This document shows positions 13,080 through 25,690 of a stretch of DNA of 64,000 nucleotides, piece by piece (position 1 is the first letter of the stretch; each line of letters starts with the position of its first letter). The DNA comes from Raillietiella orientalis (Eukaryota), in assembly GCA_036172245.1 (NCBI GenBank), contig JAYWIR010000031.1:186001-250000 (forward strand). Reading direction: 5' to 3'. The position numbers were made by a program, and so were the translations under genes. The notes beneath the pieces were generated by a model. The model was given only the letters and a program-made list of their open reading frames with translations. It was not told where the DNA came from and did no database searches.

Positions 13080-13630
13080 TGATCGTCCCATTTCACGCCG
13101 GGGGGGGGGGGGGGGAGGGGGGTGAACGTCTTCTGGATGTTACAGCCAAGAAAATCACCTGCTGTTGGAGGGCTGCTGCTTGCTTCACCGCGGTGCACGA
13201 TCCGGCACGACCATGGTGTTCCATGGTTGCCACTCCCAATCTTCTGACCGACGCTTTTCTTCCGAGCGAGCGTCTTCCGTGCTGCACCATTCTGCGTGTG
13301 TTTGATTCTTCTGCGCGCCGAGGAACGCGAGTGTGTTCCCCGACACCGTGTTCGGCTGTGCTCGAACCCCCCAACGCAGTGCGCCGGGCCGACTTCGCCC
13401 GAGCGGCGTCGGCTGCCGCGAACATCCGCAGCTCTGTTGTTGTGCAAACACCGGCGGTGTGCGCATCGGGCACGCGGGGTGCACGCTGCGTGTTGTTCGA
13501 GTGCGGGGGACACGGTGGCGTCCCGGGGGAGGGGGATCCTCGCGCGGTGATTTGCGACACAAAAAACGGGTTTTTCTAGCTTTACGGTTCTCGCCTTGCT
13601 CGCCGCACCCGTTGCACTCGCACGAGCTCG
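13080..13630. promoter_or_regulatory. CpG/GC-rich island upstream of the ADISSP homolog (probable promoter), starting with a G16 run at 13100-13115
   Basis: Sharp ~550-bp GC/CpG-rich patch in AT-rich DNA, ending ~270 bp before the ADISSP ATG; no TE motifs recognised in it. Confidence 0.5.
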
Positions 13631-13900
13631 AGTTCAGTTTCGCTCTCGTGCTGCTAATGGGTATTTTTGTTTGTACAAGTGCCGAGGGGTGGTCACCTGG
13701 ACAGGGTAATGGTTCTCAAGAAAGCAATTTTCCAGGGCCCCGTTCGTGTGCTCAGAATGGAGGAAACTCAGTGGAGCGATGGTGAATAGAGATGTCGCGT
13801 TCCCTACTTCGGAAAATGATAGTGTATTTGATTGCAATTAATGAATTAGGAAAAAAAAATACTTAATTGGTATATGAATAATTAGGATTTAGCATAAGTG

Positions 13901-15346
13901 ATGGAAAATCATAAGAGAGGTATTTGAGGGGAAATCGGAACCAAGTTTTTTTTATCTGTTCACAGATCCTGGATTGCATGTGCATTTCCCAGAAGCTGAT
14001 GTAGATCATAATTACATTAAACCCGAAAAGACTGCTGAGAATGAGTTTTTAGTGAATCTTGGATTCCTCCAATACCTACATGATTACAAAATTACTTTCC
14101 AGTTACCATGTAGCTGCTTGCAGAATTCAGATACAATAGTCAATCCTTCTGGATATAATAATGTAGACTTAAGCCCTCAGCTGAAGCTTTTGCATTTTGA
14201 TTTTGTAGCAGAAAGCTCTTGTTTTGATATTTCTATTCAATATTTTGCCAATCAAGAAAAAGCAGTTGAAGAAAATTTTGAACTTAATCTATCACCACTA
14301 GTTGTGCTAAAAATTACATTAAGGGCTCGAGTTTTAGGTAAGCTTTCCAGATGCTAAATTCTTCTGCTGTGTTCTGCCTAGTACCCAAATGAATTATTTA
14401 CGTAATGATCCTTCAACTTTTGTTGCATAGCAATCATCATTATGAAATACTATGTTTGTTTACGCAGAACAATTTTGGAATCTGTTTGGTTTCTGTTTGT
14501 AAATTGTTGTTGGTGCTAAAGGATTTTCATGAAAACAAAAAAAATTCAGTGACTATTAATTGTCATTCAGTTCTAATATATTCAGTGTTATCTTATTGTT
14601 CATTCAGGCATTCTAATATATTCAGTTACTTGTATAGTAAGCAAATCAAAACTTTGATTGATCATTGGTTTTATGTTTACAACTAGTTCACATTGTTCAT
14701 AGTATTCCATAGAATATACTCATTTTTGCTGTAATTGACTAAATTTGGACTCTTGTGAATTAGCTACTTGTTTTGAAACTGCTAAAACTATTTGGTAATG
14801 TTTTCATTGACAGTTCTCCAAAATGTGATATGGACTTACCACAAGTGTAGAATACAGTGTATTGCCTTGTCAGGGTTCTTTCCTTGACTCATGCAGCCTA
14901 GAAAAATTTTAATGCTTTATTGCTGAGAAATTAACTATTCCCAGTCACTTCTAGGGATATGATCTCATAAATGTTTTCATTGCATCATTGTTGTTCCATT
15001 TTGTATTTTGATGTGATCTGCTTAGCCTTAAAGTGTTCAAACATGATTTACTTGGATTGGTATGCCTTTCACATATTTCTTAGCCTGGTTTCTAGGTTTG
15101 CTTATACCATGTGCATTATCCTATTTCTCTTGGAGTTCTGCTTATCTTGTGTGCTACACCATCACTGACAGTTAAAGTCTATCCATTCTTTGTAATTGCA
15201 TTTCTAACATTACCAGTAATAGAGTTGGTGTGCTTTATTTTTGCGTGCGTGTTTGGATTATTTTAGGCCCAGGAAAAGGAACTCCATTATTAAAAAACGG
15301 TATCAAATGCACTGGAAACAAAGTTGAACAAGAATCCGATGTGTGA
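13901..15346 (+). CDS. ADISSP: ADISSP / C20orf27 (UPF0687) homolog, 156 aa, 3 exons
   Basis: Exons 13901-13919 (MENHKR), 13966-14337, 15267-15346 (TGA), GT-AG and in phase. HVHFPE, FLVNLGFLQYLHDYKITFQLP and RARVLGPGKGTPLLKNGIKCTG match C20orf27 HVHFDE, FLVKVGFLKILHRYEITFTLP and QARVMDRHHGTPMLLDGVKCVG. Confidence 0.92.
14564..14626. repeat. Short intronic direct repeat (cattcag..ttctaatatattcagt x2)
   Basis: Copies at 14564-14586 and 14601-14626 in ADISSP intron 2. Confidence 0.7.
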
Positions 15347-16281
15347 TAATACCAGTTTGCTAGATTGGCAGAGTGGAAGATCATAATGGAAGTGATGGGA
15401 AGAACAAAAAAGCAATTACAGATTAAATTCCAGGCATTCGACAAATATGAAAAAAGAAATGCATCCTACAAAATCTGAAGAGAATTTGCATGTTTGACAA
15501 GCAAAATAATTGTTTGCTGTTGATAAACAGAAAGTTTTTATTTTTGAAGTGTTTTTGATTTCGTAGTGTACATATAAATTGTTTGTATGTACACATTTGC
15601 ACAGTTTTTTCTTGCAGGGTTTAAACTCCTTTTTTTGTGACAGGCAATGATCTGTTTGCCGCAATGAAAATTTCGAAAATTTGTGCAATGTCCGTAACTG
15701 CTGAATTTACAAAACGTCCTCGACGTAGACCGATTTTCAGGGTGTTTTCTTTCAGCTGCGTCACCCCTGCTTGGGATTTTTCGGTAAATTTGCCGTGGTG
15801 ATTGCATTTTCGACAAGTCACACAAGGGTACTTGGAGCAAGCGATTCTTGAACACGAATACGGTAGCCCTGTACACCACATATCACGGTCATTGATACGT
15901 CCAAGTACTGAATGGCACATGAAAAGTTCACCTCCTTGAAGGTGAGAACTTTTACGACGACCAGAACACCCTGCAGATGCGCGCAATTACTTGCGGCCTG
16001 GGGGGCTGCTGAAAGGAAACCAAACCATCTTCGGATCGTAGCGTTCCTCATTTTGAAACATCGGTGTCCTTGATGGAGTGCGTGTATCCTAGAAGTGCTG
16101 CGGTATTTCTTCGAAAATGCCGAGATTTGGAAAGTGCCTCGTCATTTTTGAAGTACGCCTTGTTTACTTTTAAAGTAAGCAAGGCGTACTTCAAAAGTGT
16201 ACGAATCTCTGTATTTGCACTAGTTGCAACCCACTTGTTAGCTGTTGCTTTGGTCAGCAAATCGTACGAATACTGTATAAA

Positions 16282-16390
16282 GTGGAAGCGAAATTTGTTG
16301 TTGGAAACTTGAACCTAGGTGAACAAGGTCGGTCGTTGACGGACATACTTCTTCGCGAGGAATATTTGCGGAGATTTCAGAAGGTGCAAT
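16282..16390 (+). mobile_element. Retrotransposon aspartic protease tail relic
   Basis: FVV...TDILLREEYLRRF (cf. DILLGxDFLxxF). Confidence 0.35.
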
Positions 16391-17769
16391 CGTGTGCATT
16401 GTATCCACAATCAAATAAAATAGGTGGTAGTGAAAGTAAACTCTGTGTACCTCCAGTTCTTTGTATTGGCGTATTTCTACTTGAGCACTCACTCTTGATG
16501 CACGGATTGGTTATATGTTCTGGTGTATTGAAAAAGAATTTTGCATTTTCAGTTACTTCGTTACAGTCCTGATTTCTTCCACAAGCTTGGCGTAGCCATC
16601 CAGTGTTGCCCCCGTTTTTACGCTTAGATAATTTGCTTTTGTATTTACTGTCTTATGTTTGCACTTTGAAGTTCATCTTCACGTGACAGATTGATTTCGA
16701 AGAACCGCATTGCATTTCGGGAATTGGGAAGCGAAAAATTTTTCAATGTATGAACTAAGATAAAATCTGGACTTGACAGACAGAGAGAGAAGAGGAATCA
16801 TGTTATTGTGTGCCATGAAATACTTCTGAGAAATGATGGAATTGTCGAGTAAGCATTCGTATTTTAGGAGTCGAAAAATAGCGTAGATTTAGGAAGATCA
16901 GTAAAATGGAAGGTTAAGAGTAATGCGTCGAGAATATCAAACGCAGTTTCAGAATCAGGGTCCCTGAAAATCAATAGAGTGAAAGTCAAAGAATACGTCG
17001 ATGTTATTCTGGAATACATTGACGGTGAATGCTGAAGTCATCTGGAATTTCTGCACCCGTCACAATCATTAAGAGAGTTTGATAAAACAAAAAAATTAGA
17101 TATTTATCTAGGTGAGCAAACTCGTCAAAAGGACATGCACGGGACTTTTGCCACGTAACCATGATATCGGGAAAACGAATTTATCTCTAAGAAAACAGTA
17201 AGTGAAACGATTTTCATCAAATTATTCCAAATCGTCGAAGTTTTTCTTCATCAGACCTAGTAGCTTTTTTTCCAGCAGGCAGTTTTGCTCCGGATCAGAT
17301 ACCCCGTTATCAATTCACTTGCGTGCATTCGCTTGCATATGTTGTAAATGTTTTCGGTAAACCCAATGGTGCTGCATTTCGTGTTATTCTCGTTCGAAGT
17401 AAGCTTGTAAATAAAAGCTTATGTGATCTGCAAGTTAATTTTTTCCTGAAATTCAGCTTTAAAATGACTTCAGCAAGGTGGACGTTGGGATAAAGAAAGA
17501 GGGATGAGGGAGAAATACTTTGAATAAGAATACTTCGAAGAATGAAATTTCGTAAATACCATTTTAGCTGTTACGAAAATTGTGGATATTTTATCATTAT
17601 TTTTTTTTAATGTGCAGTGCAAAATGCGCTTTTTCCCAAGTACAGGCTGACCCCTGCGATGTTGCCTCGTTTTGCGCCGAAAAAAACAAACTCCAGATTG
17701 AATGCCTGACGTGTGAACAGAATAAACACTTATACGGAAACAGTTCAGGTGTTTATACAGAACCTACGG

Positions 17770-19330
17770 AAATAAACGTACCACGCGGCAGTGATCAAAT
17801 GACCGACTGGTTTTCTGAACGAGTTGGATGACTGACTGGGCTGCTGCGTTTGTGGATCCGAAGATGATTCGATATATATCCCGTTGCCACGATTTCCCTT
17901 CTGTTGCATGACTCTAGGAAAATATGCAAACGTACTATGTGATGTGTTCTTTAATGAAGTGCGAGAAAGAAGCTCTCGCCCAATGAAACCAATAGATGTC
18001 ATGTCGGAATCACAGTGTGATGCAGGGAATGCTACGAGAGTTTGATTCAGTTTCCCCTGGCACTTTGCATGCTTTAGCGATTGCTTGTACAGAGGAACGA
18101 TATGACCGCAATGTTCCTTTATCGATCGAAATCTCTTTCCTGGGACCCTCGTACCTCAGAAGTAAAGTTGTGAAAAGCTTTGCAACGACGTAACACGAGA
18201 GATTCGATTTCAAGAACTGCTTTGAGAGTAATGGTCCTTCGTATTTCCTTTGCATCTGTAGCGAACAAAGTGTTGAAAAACGCCTACAGTTTTCTTCACC
18301 TTCACGTGCAATGTTAGGGATATTGTGGGTTGATGCACACGGATGTAGGAATAAACACATTAATTATTAACCATTGATAGAATCAACGATTAATTTCAGT
18401 AATTGAGAGTCCAGTGTGAATGGATGGAGTGCTGTATTTCAGAGAACCACGTAGCTCGAACATTTCTGAGCAAGAAATTCTGGATCAGAAAATAATAAAC
18501 CCATCATGATCCACAAAATCGATTCGTGTGTGGGTTTTAGAAAAAAATATTAGCGCTAGTCCGGCAATCCGTTGCACAATTTCACCGAAACGAGGTTTCA
18601 AAAGACAAGCCATTTCTTGCAGTTATCGACGGATTTGTTCTTGTCACCACTTCCAGTAGCAAGAGATCTATCATTTCATTACTGGAAGCATCCTGTCCTG
18701 TAATTCTTCCGATGGAACATGATCAATGAACGACCTCGTGCTCTTCGTTATTTCCGTTTTTTTCCCCACATTCGTCGTGATTCGAGAGTCTGTGCGAGTT
18801 TTCCGGCTGGCGAATACTTCAGTATGACATGCACGGTGAGAAAGGTCTCCTAGCAATCCGGTAAAGCGGAGCGCAAGGACGACTCTGGAAAACGGCATCT
18901 CCATGTCGGGGCCCCTGGTTGGTTCCTTCGTCTGGCCACATTCTTCGTGACAAATTCAAGGGGGAATCTTTGCACTCCACGTCAAAAAGTTCACGCCACG
19001 ATTGTCATAGATGTCCTCGCCGACAGCTCATTAAATACTGCTCGCCTTATGAGGATGAGTTGAAGGTCGCTGTGCATGTGTGATGGAACTCGATTCATGC
19101 AGGCACGAACTCAATGAACACACTTGCACGAAGGTATCTTTGGAGGGCGTGTCTTTTCACACTTCTGTCTTGTTTTGCGAGGTCTTCTCATTCCTGGGGG
19201 TTGTTTCGTTAGTGTGCTTTTCTTCAGCTCTCGCAAAAGCTGTCTGGCAGAAGCCGCTTTCTCATGCTGTGGTACTCCGAAATCTATCCCAACCTTCCCG
19301 CACGATTCCTCATCAAACATGGACTTGCTC
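17770..19330 (+). mobile_element. Decayed gypsy (Mag-like) RT...integrase relic
   Basis: QMTDWFSERV (cf. EPTDWVS), FVDPKMIRYISRCHDFP, MQGMLREF, CTEERYDRNV (cf. TxEEHDRNL), EISFLG; later LHVGAPG (~18900) and QKP..LRNLSQPSR (~19250). Confidence 0.5.
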
Positions 19331-20199
19331 CCTGGAAGTGGAAGAACTAACCCGTGTTATTAGACTCCTCTTGCGTTTCTTGCTTTTACTCTCTTGTGTA
19401 CGTGAGCCTTCATCGTGATACACCTACAGCAGAAGAAACCATAGTTGCAAAAGGATAAATGGGATGTACAAGGGTTGTGTCCGACAGGGATAAAGCGTAG
19501 CAGGCAATCATTTATTACAGGTCGCCATCCGCTAGTGATTTTTCGAAGATAACACTCTGCTCCGTCATGTAAGCAGGAAGGAAAATTAGCTAGACACGGA
19601 AGGAGAGCTTCAGGGAGGTTTGCGAAGTGTGCTGCTTCACACACTGGAGGATGGGAAGATAAAGAGATTCACGATGTCTGTACCGTGCTGTTTCGTACAT
19701 TTGTATTCGTGCTGTTTTTGTCTTGTCGGTGTGTGTAATCTACTGTTTAATGGAAGAAAGGTGGGGAAGGTGCAACGTAAGTGACTAGCAGGGTATTGCA
19801 AGCTGGCGCAAGAGGCATCGATGCAAACACGTGGAAGTTTCCGAGGGATTTTTTGGCTTCCTTCGATTAACCAGAGAAGATTTTGGCAGTCGAGAAAAAC
19901 AAAAAACAAAAAAAAATGGAAACATGCAAAAAGGAATTCTATATTCGACTCTTGACGCAAAATATCTGCTTTCTTTCCGTTTCTCTTTAGTTCATTCTGC
20001 TCAGGGCATCTTTCAAGAAGTCTTTAGAGATTGTCAGTTGAATGTCCTATGAAGCAGGGGATTACAGAAGTCAGATTTTTTATTTTTCTTCCAGCTACTT
20101 TATCCCTTTGGGTTTCGGCGCGCGAAATTTCCACCCGAGTAGAGACATGCCGTTAAGGTCATCGGCAAGAGGCAGGGCAGCCTTTCATTTGTGGATCCA

Positions 20200-21100
20200 A
20201 ACTTTAATCTTCGAATGGTGCAATTGACCTCGTTGGGTTTCAAGAAGGGAACTGGGAACAGAATATGAGGGGGGGAAATCTATGACAGCAGCTTCGGTGC
20301 GAGCAGTAAAGTGTCCGTCGACATAGTTTCGTTTTGGTAAACGAGCTTTAAGGTTCATGACGTCACCGGCATGCTTCTCCCAAAGTCTGGAAAGCCAAAA
20401 TGATGGAAACGACGCAGCAGTGTTCATTTCACCTCCCCTCCTCTCGAAGACGAAGGCGCCTCGGGTGGGGGGAAGGGAGAGGGAAGTCGTCCAACAGCCG
20501 CGTAAGGCATTGCAAAATTTCGCAGCACAGGAAGGCCGCAAAAGGACACGCCAACTGCTCTAAACGGAGGAATCCCAAGAAGCGGTGGGATAGCTGAAAA
20601 CATCCCTTTGACTTTTTTGCACGTATCGTTGCAGCTGTACCCGGGTTTGACGTGGCACATCGGTGCGATGCTCGCGCAGTCGGTTTATTGGGGCACCATT
20701 CGAAAAAAAAAAAAAAAAATCCTCGGCAAGGAATCTCTCCCCGGGCGCTCCTAAGCAACCGGCGCTCCGCAGCTCGCTAGACCGAGGGGGAGCACTCTGT
20801 CCGCTCAGGGTGGCACGCAGGGAAACGGCGTGCAACCGGGTTCCACGCCGGGACCGTCGCCAGGAGTCCGGGGTTCCATCCACCCTATCGAAAATGGGGG
20901 CACGCGGGTCCGAGGTCCTCACCGTGGCATCCATCCTGGCGATGGCGACAGCCGGCGATTCACCGAGAACGCCCGGAGCCGATCGGCGAGTGACGCGGAG
21001 ATCGAAGTAACCGCCTCCTCCCGGAGAGGGGACGAGCGACGACGCGACCTCCGGCGCTGCGAGGAGGGGGAGGGAGGGAGGGGGAAAGGAGTCCCAGAAG
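20200..21100 (-). mobile_element. Gypsy RT-RNase H relic straddling the AT/GC boundary
   Basis: ORF 20560-21114: PSPGGGGYFDLRV..GVLGESPAVAIARMD (cf. TPxGxYEFxVMPFGLxNAPAxFQRxMD); ORF 20185-20541: WLSRL, KRNYVDGHFTARTEAAV (cf. FRxYLxGxxFTxxTDHxAL). Confidence 0.55.
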
Positions 21101-21249
21101 ACTTCCATCTCCACGCTCGCTCTCTCACCCGCCTTGGTTTTCTTCCGACCTCCGCTCCGTTTTAGAGGACGCCATGAAATCGAGGTCGCAGGGCTGCACG
21201 TCTCTGTCCGGGACCGGTGCGACCCTTCTGACCACCTCGACCCCGTTAC

Positions 21250-21720
21250 ACCTCAGCGAAGTGTTTCCAGCTGCGCGCGGTGTTCCCGAGGAACGCACCT
21301 TGCTGATGCGACCCATCGGGAGCGGCCCTCCCCGATTTCGGCGGCCTCATTTTCCCTTTCCCGCCATCCTTTCCTCCCTCCCCCTCTTCGCCCACAAGGT
21401 GAAAAAGAAGGCTTCCGTCTTGCCTGGGCAGGAGGAGAAGAATGAGAAGGACAAGGTGGTTTTCGCGAGACCACGGAGCGGGCCGGCGAGCGTCGTAGAA
21501 GCTGCTCTGCCAGCCCGACGCATGCACGTTCCTTTTGCTTGCGCTCAGGGGAAAGGGGGGGACCCGCGTGAGGCGACCCACGCCAACGTGGAGAAGGCAC
21601 CCGTCCCTCGGCAGCACACGAGCGCACGGGATGCCCGGGTAGCCTCGGGCTCTCTTCCAGTTCTGATTCGCCCCATCGCATCACGGTGGGCGCCTCCGCT
21701 GTCCGGTTGTGGAGAGGCGC
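21250..21720 (+). mobile_element. Gypsy pre-RT/RT N-terminal relic (GC-rich)
   Basis: One frame of ORF 21174: LSEVFPAARGVPEER..RRPH, RSGPASVV, RMHVPF (cf. RMCVDY), ASGSLPVLI, PPLSG. Confidence 0.45.
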
Positions 21721-21939
21721 GTTCGGGACACGAGTCTGCCTTGGCACAGCTTCCTGTAACGGCGCCCATCCCAGAAAGATGGACGCGAGGCGGGCGAGAG
21801 CGCCCGAAAGAGGTAGAGGGGGGAGCAGAGTCGCAGGGCTTCCGGCACTCGCCCTCGCGCGGATTCGGGGGTGGATGGGGAGGCCTCGGGTCAGCGGTCT
21901 GTTCCTTCCCGGTGCGAGGAGCAGCTCCAGGAAAGGCGC

Positions 21940-23100
21940 GGGATGAAAGTCCGCCCCAGTGAGCAACGCTCGGAGGGAGTGCTGCCCACGTTCCTCTCCC
22001 AGCGGGTGATGGCGCGTCGGGCGTCCGCGTGCGCCATCGCGGCCCCGCCCCGCCCATCAGGACGGCGTTCCGCCACCACGGCCACGTGGTTTTCGGTGCC
22101 TCAATCGCTCTCCACGGTGAATGCGGGGGCGACGAATCCTCCCCCCTCCCCTTCGGCTGCACGCCCGCGGTGGGTCAGGCGACTCTCCTCGCCCGGAAGC
22201 GGCAGACCACCCCCGAGACCAGCTTCCTTCCCGTCCCCTGGTGGGGATGCTGCGGTCGGGCCAGAGGCGTCTCACGAAGAGGATCCCTCCCTGCCACAGC
22301 GCTCAAGAAGCCTTTAGAGTGGTGTCTGCGTGACCCTCCTCGAGAAGAAAGGAGGCGGAGGCTGCGCACGAGGCCTCGGACCGGGGGCGTGTGGCGGCAC
22401 CTTGCGGGGAGAGCCCTCACCCTCCGCCGACCCCGAACCACGGCGGGGGGGGGGAGCAGAGCGGAAAAGCTGGGAGGAAAGGGCCACCGGCGGCGGTGCG
22501 CGGACAGAGGTCGAGACCCCGCAGGCCGTGCTGCGGCAGGCAAGGTCGTTCGTTACTCTTGCCGGTAGCGCTGCCGGCGGGAAAGGCGGGCCCTCTGCCA
22601 CCACCATCGGAGAGGGCGACAGGCGCGTCCTTCTGGGCGGAAGGTCGCCCATCGGGGCGGCGCCGGACCAGAGAAGGGTCTGCCGCCGAGGGGGCAAGAT
22701 AGGTCCTCGTGACTGGGGAGACGCGATGCGACCTCGGGAGGGAGGAAGACTCCGCAGGCATTCCTCCTGGCTCCGCCAAGGTCGCGCAAGGGGTGACCTT
22801 GGCGCAAGCGCGCGATCCGGAGTCCCTGGGTCGCGACCGAGGCGACGCCCCCGCGGGGGTTTCCCTCACGAGATCGCGATGGGTGCGCGGTGGCGTTGTT
22901 TGCTGCCACGGCAACGGTGGGAAGCGGCGGCTGGTGGGAGATGCGGGGAGGACGGCGCCTGGATCCAGGACTTGCGCGTAGCAGCTCCCGACGCTTTGCG
23001 GGTCCTCTGGCCGTGAGCGAAGAAGCCTGTGAAGAAGCAGTAGCCGTCCAGGTGACACGAGGGAATCGTGTCCGGACGGCCATCACTCCGATCCGTTTCC
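21940..23100 (+). mobile_element. Gypsy RT-RNase H relic (GC-rich)
   Basis: GMKVRPS, ATWFSV, ETSFLPVPWWG, SLPAT, EERRRRLR, TPQAVLRQARSFVTLAG (cf. PKTVKQVRSFLGLAG), TRCDLG, WVRGGVVC, VTRGN..TAITPIR, in gypsy order. Confidence 0.6.
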
Positions 23101-24047
23101 TAGCAACCGAGGAGAGGAGAAGGGAGGACGGCGAGGTGATCCCGGCGCGCTCTCCTGGAGGAGAAGCGCTGGAAAGGTCGGCAGGACGAGCCTCTCCCGG
23201 CAGCGAGCGGGAACACGAGCTGCCGGAGCAACGACCTCTGGGCTCCTAGCAACAGCGGGACCGGATGGATCCGCTCCCGTTCCCGGGAGTCCCTCTCGGG
23301 AGTTCTTCTTCGTCCTCCACCTTCTCTCCTCTCTCCCCCGTCTCCGTCGGTGCGTTCGCGGGAAGCCGCCAAGTCAGCCGGGACGAGGTCTCTGCCGCTG
23401 CTGCTGCTGCTCTTGCTCGCAGCGCGGGTGGCGGCGTGGGAGGGGAAACCAGCGAGGGGCGGGCGGGCTCAGGGAAGAGGCGGTAGCGGAGAAGAGAGCG
23501 GATGGAGGGAAAGGCGAAAGAGGGTCCAGGGGAAGGCGGGAAGAGTCCAGCAGGGGACGTTCCTTCCCCCCTCTTTCCTGCCCCCCTCCGAGGCCGCGCA
23601 CGATGGGTGCTCGGTCCGGGAAGGCGACGGCAGGCTGCAGCGGCACTTCCGCTCTTGCAGCCTCCCCTCGAGCGCGCGCACTCCGAAGTTTCCATCCTTC
23701 CTTCCTTCCCCTGTTTCCCTATGGAGTGCGTGCCAGCCCTGAAGACGGGGGGCGGCCTCTCCGCGATCTCCGGAGGAGGAGGAAGGGGGCATCTGCGCGC
23801 GGTCCATGCGGAGACACGCGCAGGATCCCGGGAAACGGGATGCCTCTCCGGAGGGGAAGGAAGCGTTGCCCTGCGGCTGCGATCTCTGTCCGTCGCAAGC
23901 GCCCGTGTCGGTCGGTGGACGGGCGAAGGGGAAGCCATTTCGAAAGCGAAAGTGCGACCGGCCGCATTGTTGGACGACGACGTGGAGCGCCGTCTGCCGC
24001 TCTCTGCCCGCACTCGCGGGAGGCACGCATTGCCTCTTGCTCCTGTT

Positions 24048-24064
24048 CACGTGCGCTTCGCATG
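24048..24064. promoter_or_regulatory. Consensus ChoRE (CACGTG-cgctt-CGCATG)
   Basis: Matches CAYGNG-N5-CNCRTG; ~3.5 kb upstream of the PPP1R3 ATG in TE-free sequence. Confidence 0.4.
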
Positions 24065-24382
24065 CCGACGTCTTTTTTGTAAGGTGTGCATCTGCGCATT
24101 TGCCTGGTTCTTTGTGGCAGAGATCTGTATCAGCTCTCAGGCCGCGGTCTCCCAGTCACACTAGGGCCACCTTGGAATCCTCGCACTTCTCGTAGAAGCA
24201 CGCGGAGAGCTCCTTTTTTCCACTGCTCGAACTTTCACCGCTCGCCTCATGAGTTCTTTCGTGGGAACATTCGTTCGCATGTGGGAGCTCCTGGTCATCT
24301 CATGAATTAAAAACGTCGGAACGTTCCCAACAAGTGTTCGGGCTCCGACTTTTGCTTCACGCGGTGTTCCCTCCCCTCTCTT

Positions 24383-24400
24383 CCCCCCCCCCCCCCCCCC
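24383..24400. repeat. C18 homopolymer (G-quadruplex-capable on the minus strand)
   Basis: Direct reading. Confidence 0.85.
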
Positions 24401-25673
24401 TCAGAATCCGTATCGTGTTTTGTTTTCCGCCTCAGCCGGGAGATGGAGCACGTGCAGTCCGACGAAACGAGCCTCGTCGACCTCGAACTAGCATGACGAA
24501 GCTTACGTTTTGAGCACGTGTAATGGGAATGCGCGTGCGTGGTGGTCGTACCAAATGGACGAGCGGCTCCGCCTTCCAGCAGCGTTTCCGCTTCGTTCGT
24601 GCGATCGCGGCCACGTGCAGTTGGCCCGCGACCTGCACGGGTCACCCCTAGCAGCAGTCGCCCCCGGGAACACACCCCTGTCCCTTCCCGCGGGAAACGC
24701 TTCGCCGTCGTGTCCATCGTTGTCTTCGCGTCTGCCACCTGGGGCCCCACTAACGTCGAGGGTGCCCCCGGTCACAACGCCGGGCGTTTCCCCCAGACCG
24801 AGCACCGCGGAACTCCCCCCCCCTCCCCCACGGTCCCTTGCACGAGTGGTTTGGGCACCGCAGCCTTTTCCCGAGCTTGCGATGCGTCGCTGTCCAAAGC
24901 TGGACATTCCGTCAGCGGATGAAAAAGGCGCCTGAGATCAACCCCGTCGCGATGGGGGGTGAACCGTGGAGCGACAGGTGCCCCTTTCGGCGGATCTACT
25001 GGAGGAAAAAAGACCCCAGGAAGAGTAGGGAATCCGTTTCCGGACCTTCGAGATGTGGCGAAAGAGTTCCGCAAGCGCCCACAGCGAGCACACTCGCGGG
25101 TCGGAACGCCCTCTCCCGGATGACCAAGGCGCGGCTGGAACGGATCCGCTGAGGCTTTGCCAAGTACCCCTGGGTGTTTCAAGCACACCCGACTCGTCGT
25201 CGTCGTTGTTTCGGCTGCAACTCGGGGGAGGGGGAGGGAGGGAGAATCGCCACCACCGAGGTCGTCGTGGACGAGTGGCCTGCGACCTGTTGGCGTCGCA
25301 GGGAGGAAGGGGGGGGGAGAGCGTTGCCGGAAAGTTTTCTTCCCTTCTTGCGTGCGTCCTCTTTTCTTTCCGGTGGACGTCGAAATTCGCGCGGGAAGAA
25401 AGGCGCGTTCTCTCCCATCACCACCTCAAGGTCCGCTGCAGCCTCCCGTCTCCAAGGTTCCCCTATTTACGTCAGCTGCCTCCTCTCACAAGCACGCCCG
25501 CACTCACGCACGCACAGACACACGAAGGAGCAGGTATCCTCTGACATCGCCAGAGGGCTTCCCCGCATTGCTGCCCGCGTCCCCCTAATCGGAAAGGGGG
25601 TCGTTTTCTCCCGCGAGAACCTTGGTACGCGCGTTCCGGGGGACGTCGGGAGTGCGCAGACGCCCCAGAGAGG

Positions 25674-25690
25674 GTGCGCGCGCGCGCGCG
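25674..25690. repeat. Alternating purine-pyrimidine run containing (CG)7, Z-DNA-prone
   Basis: gtgcgcgcgcgcgcgcg read directly. Confidence 0.8.
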
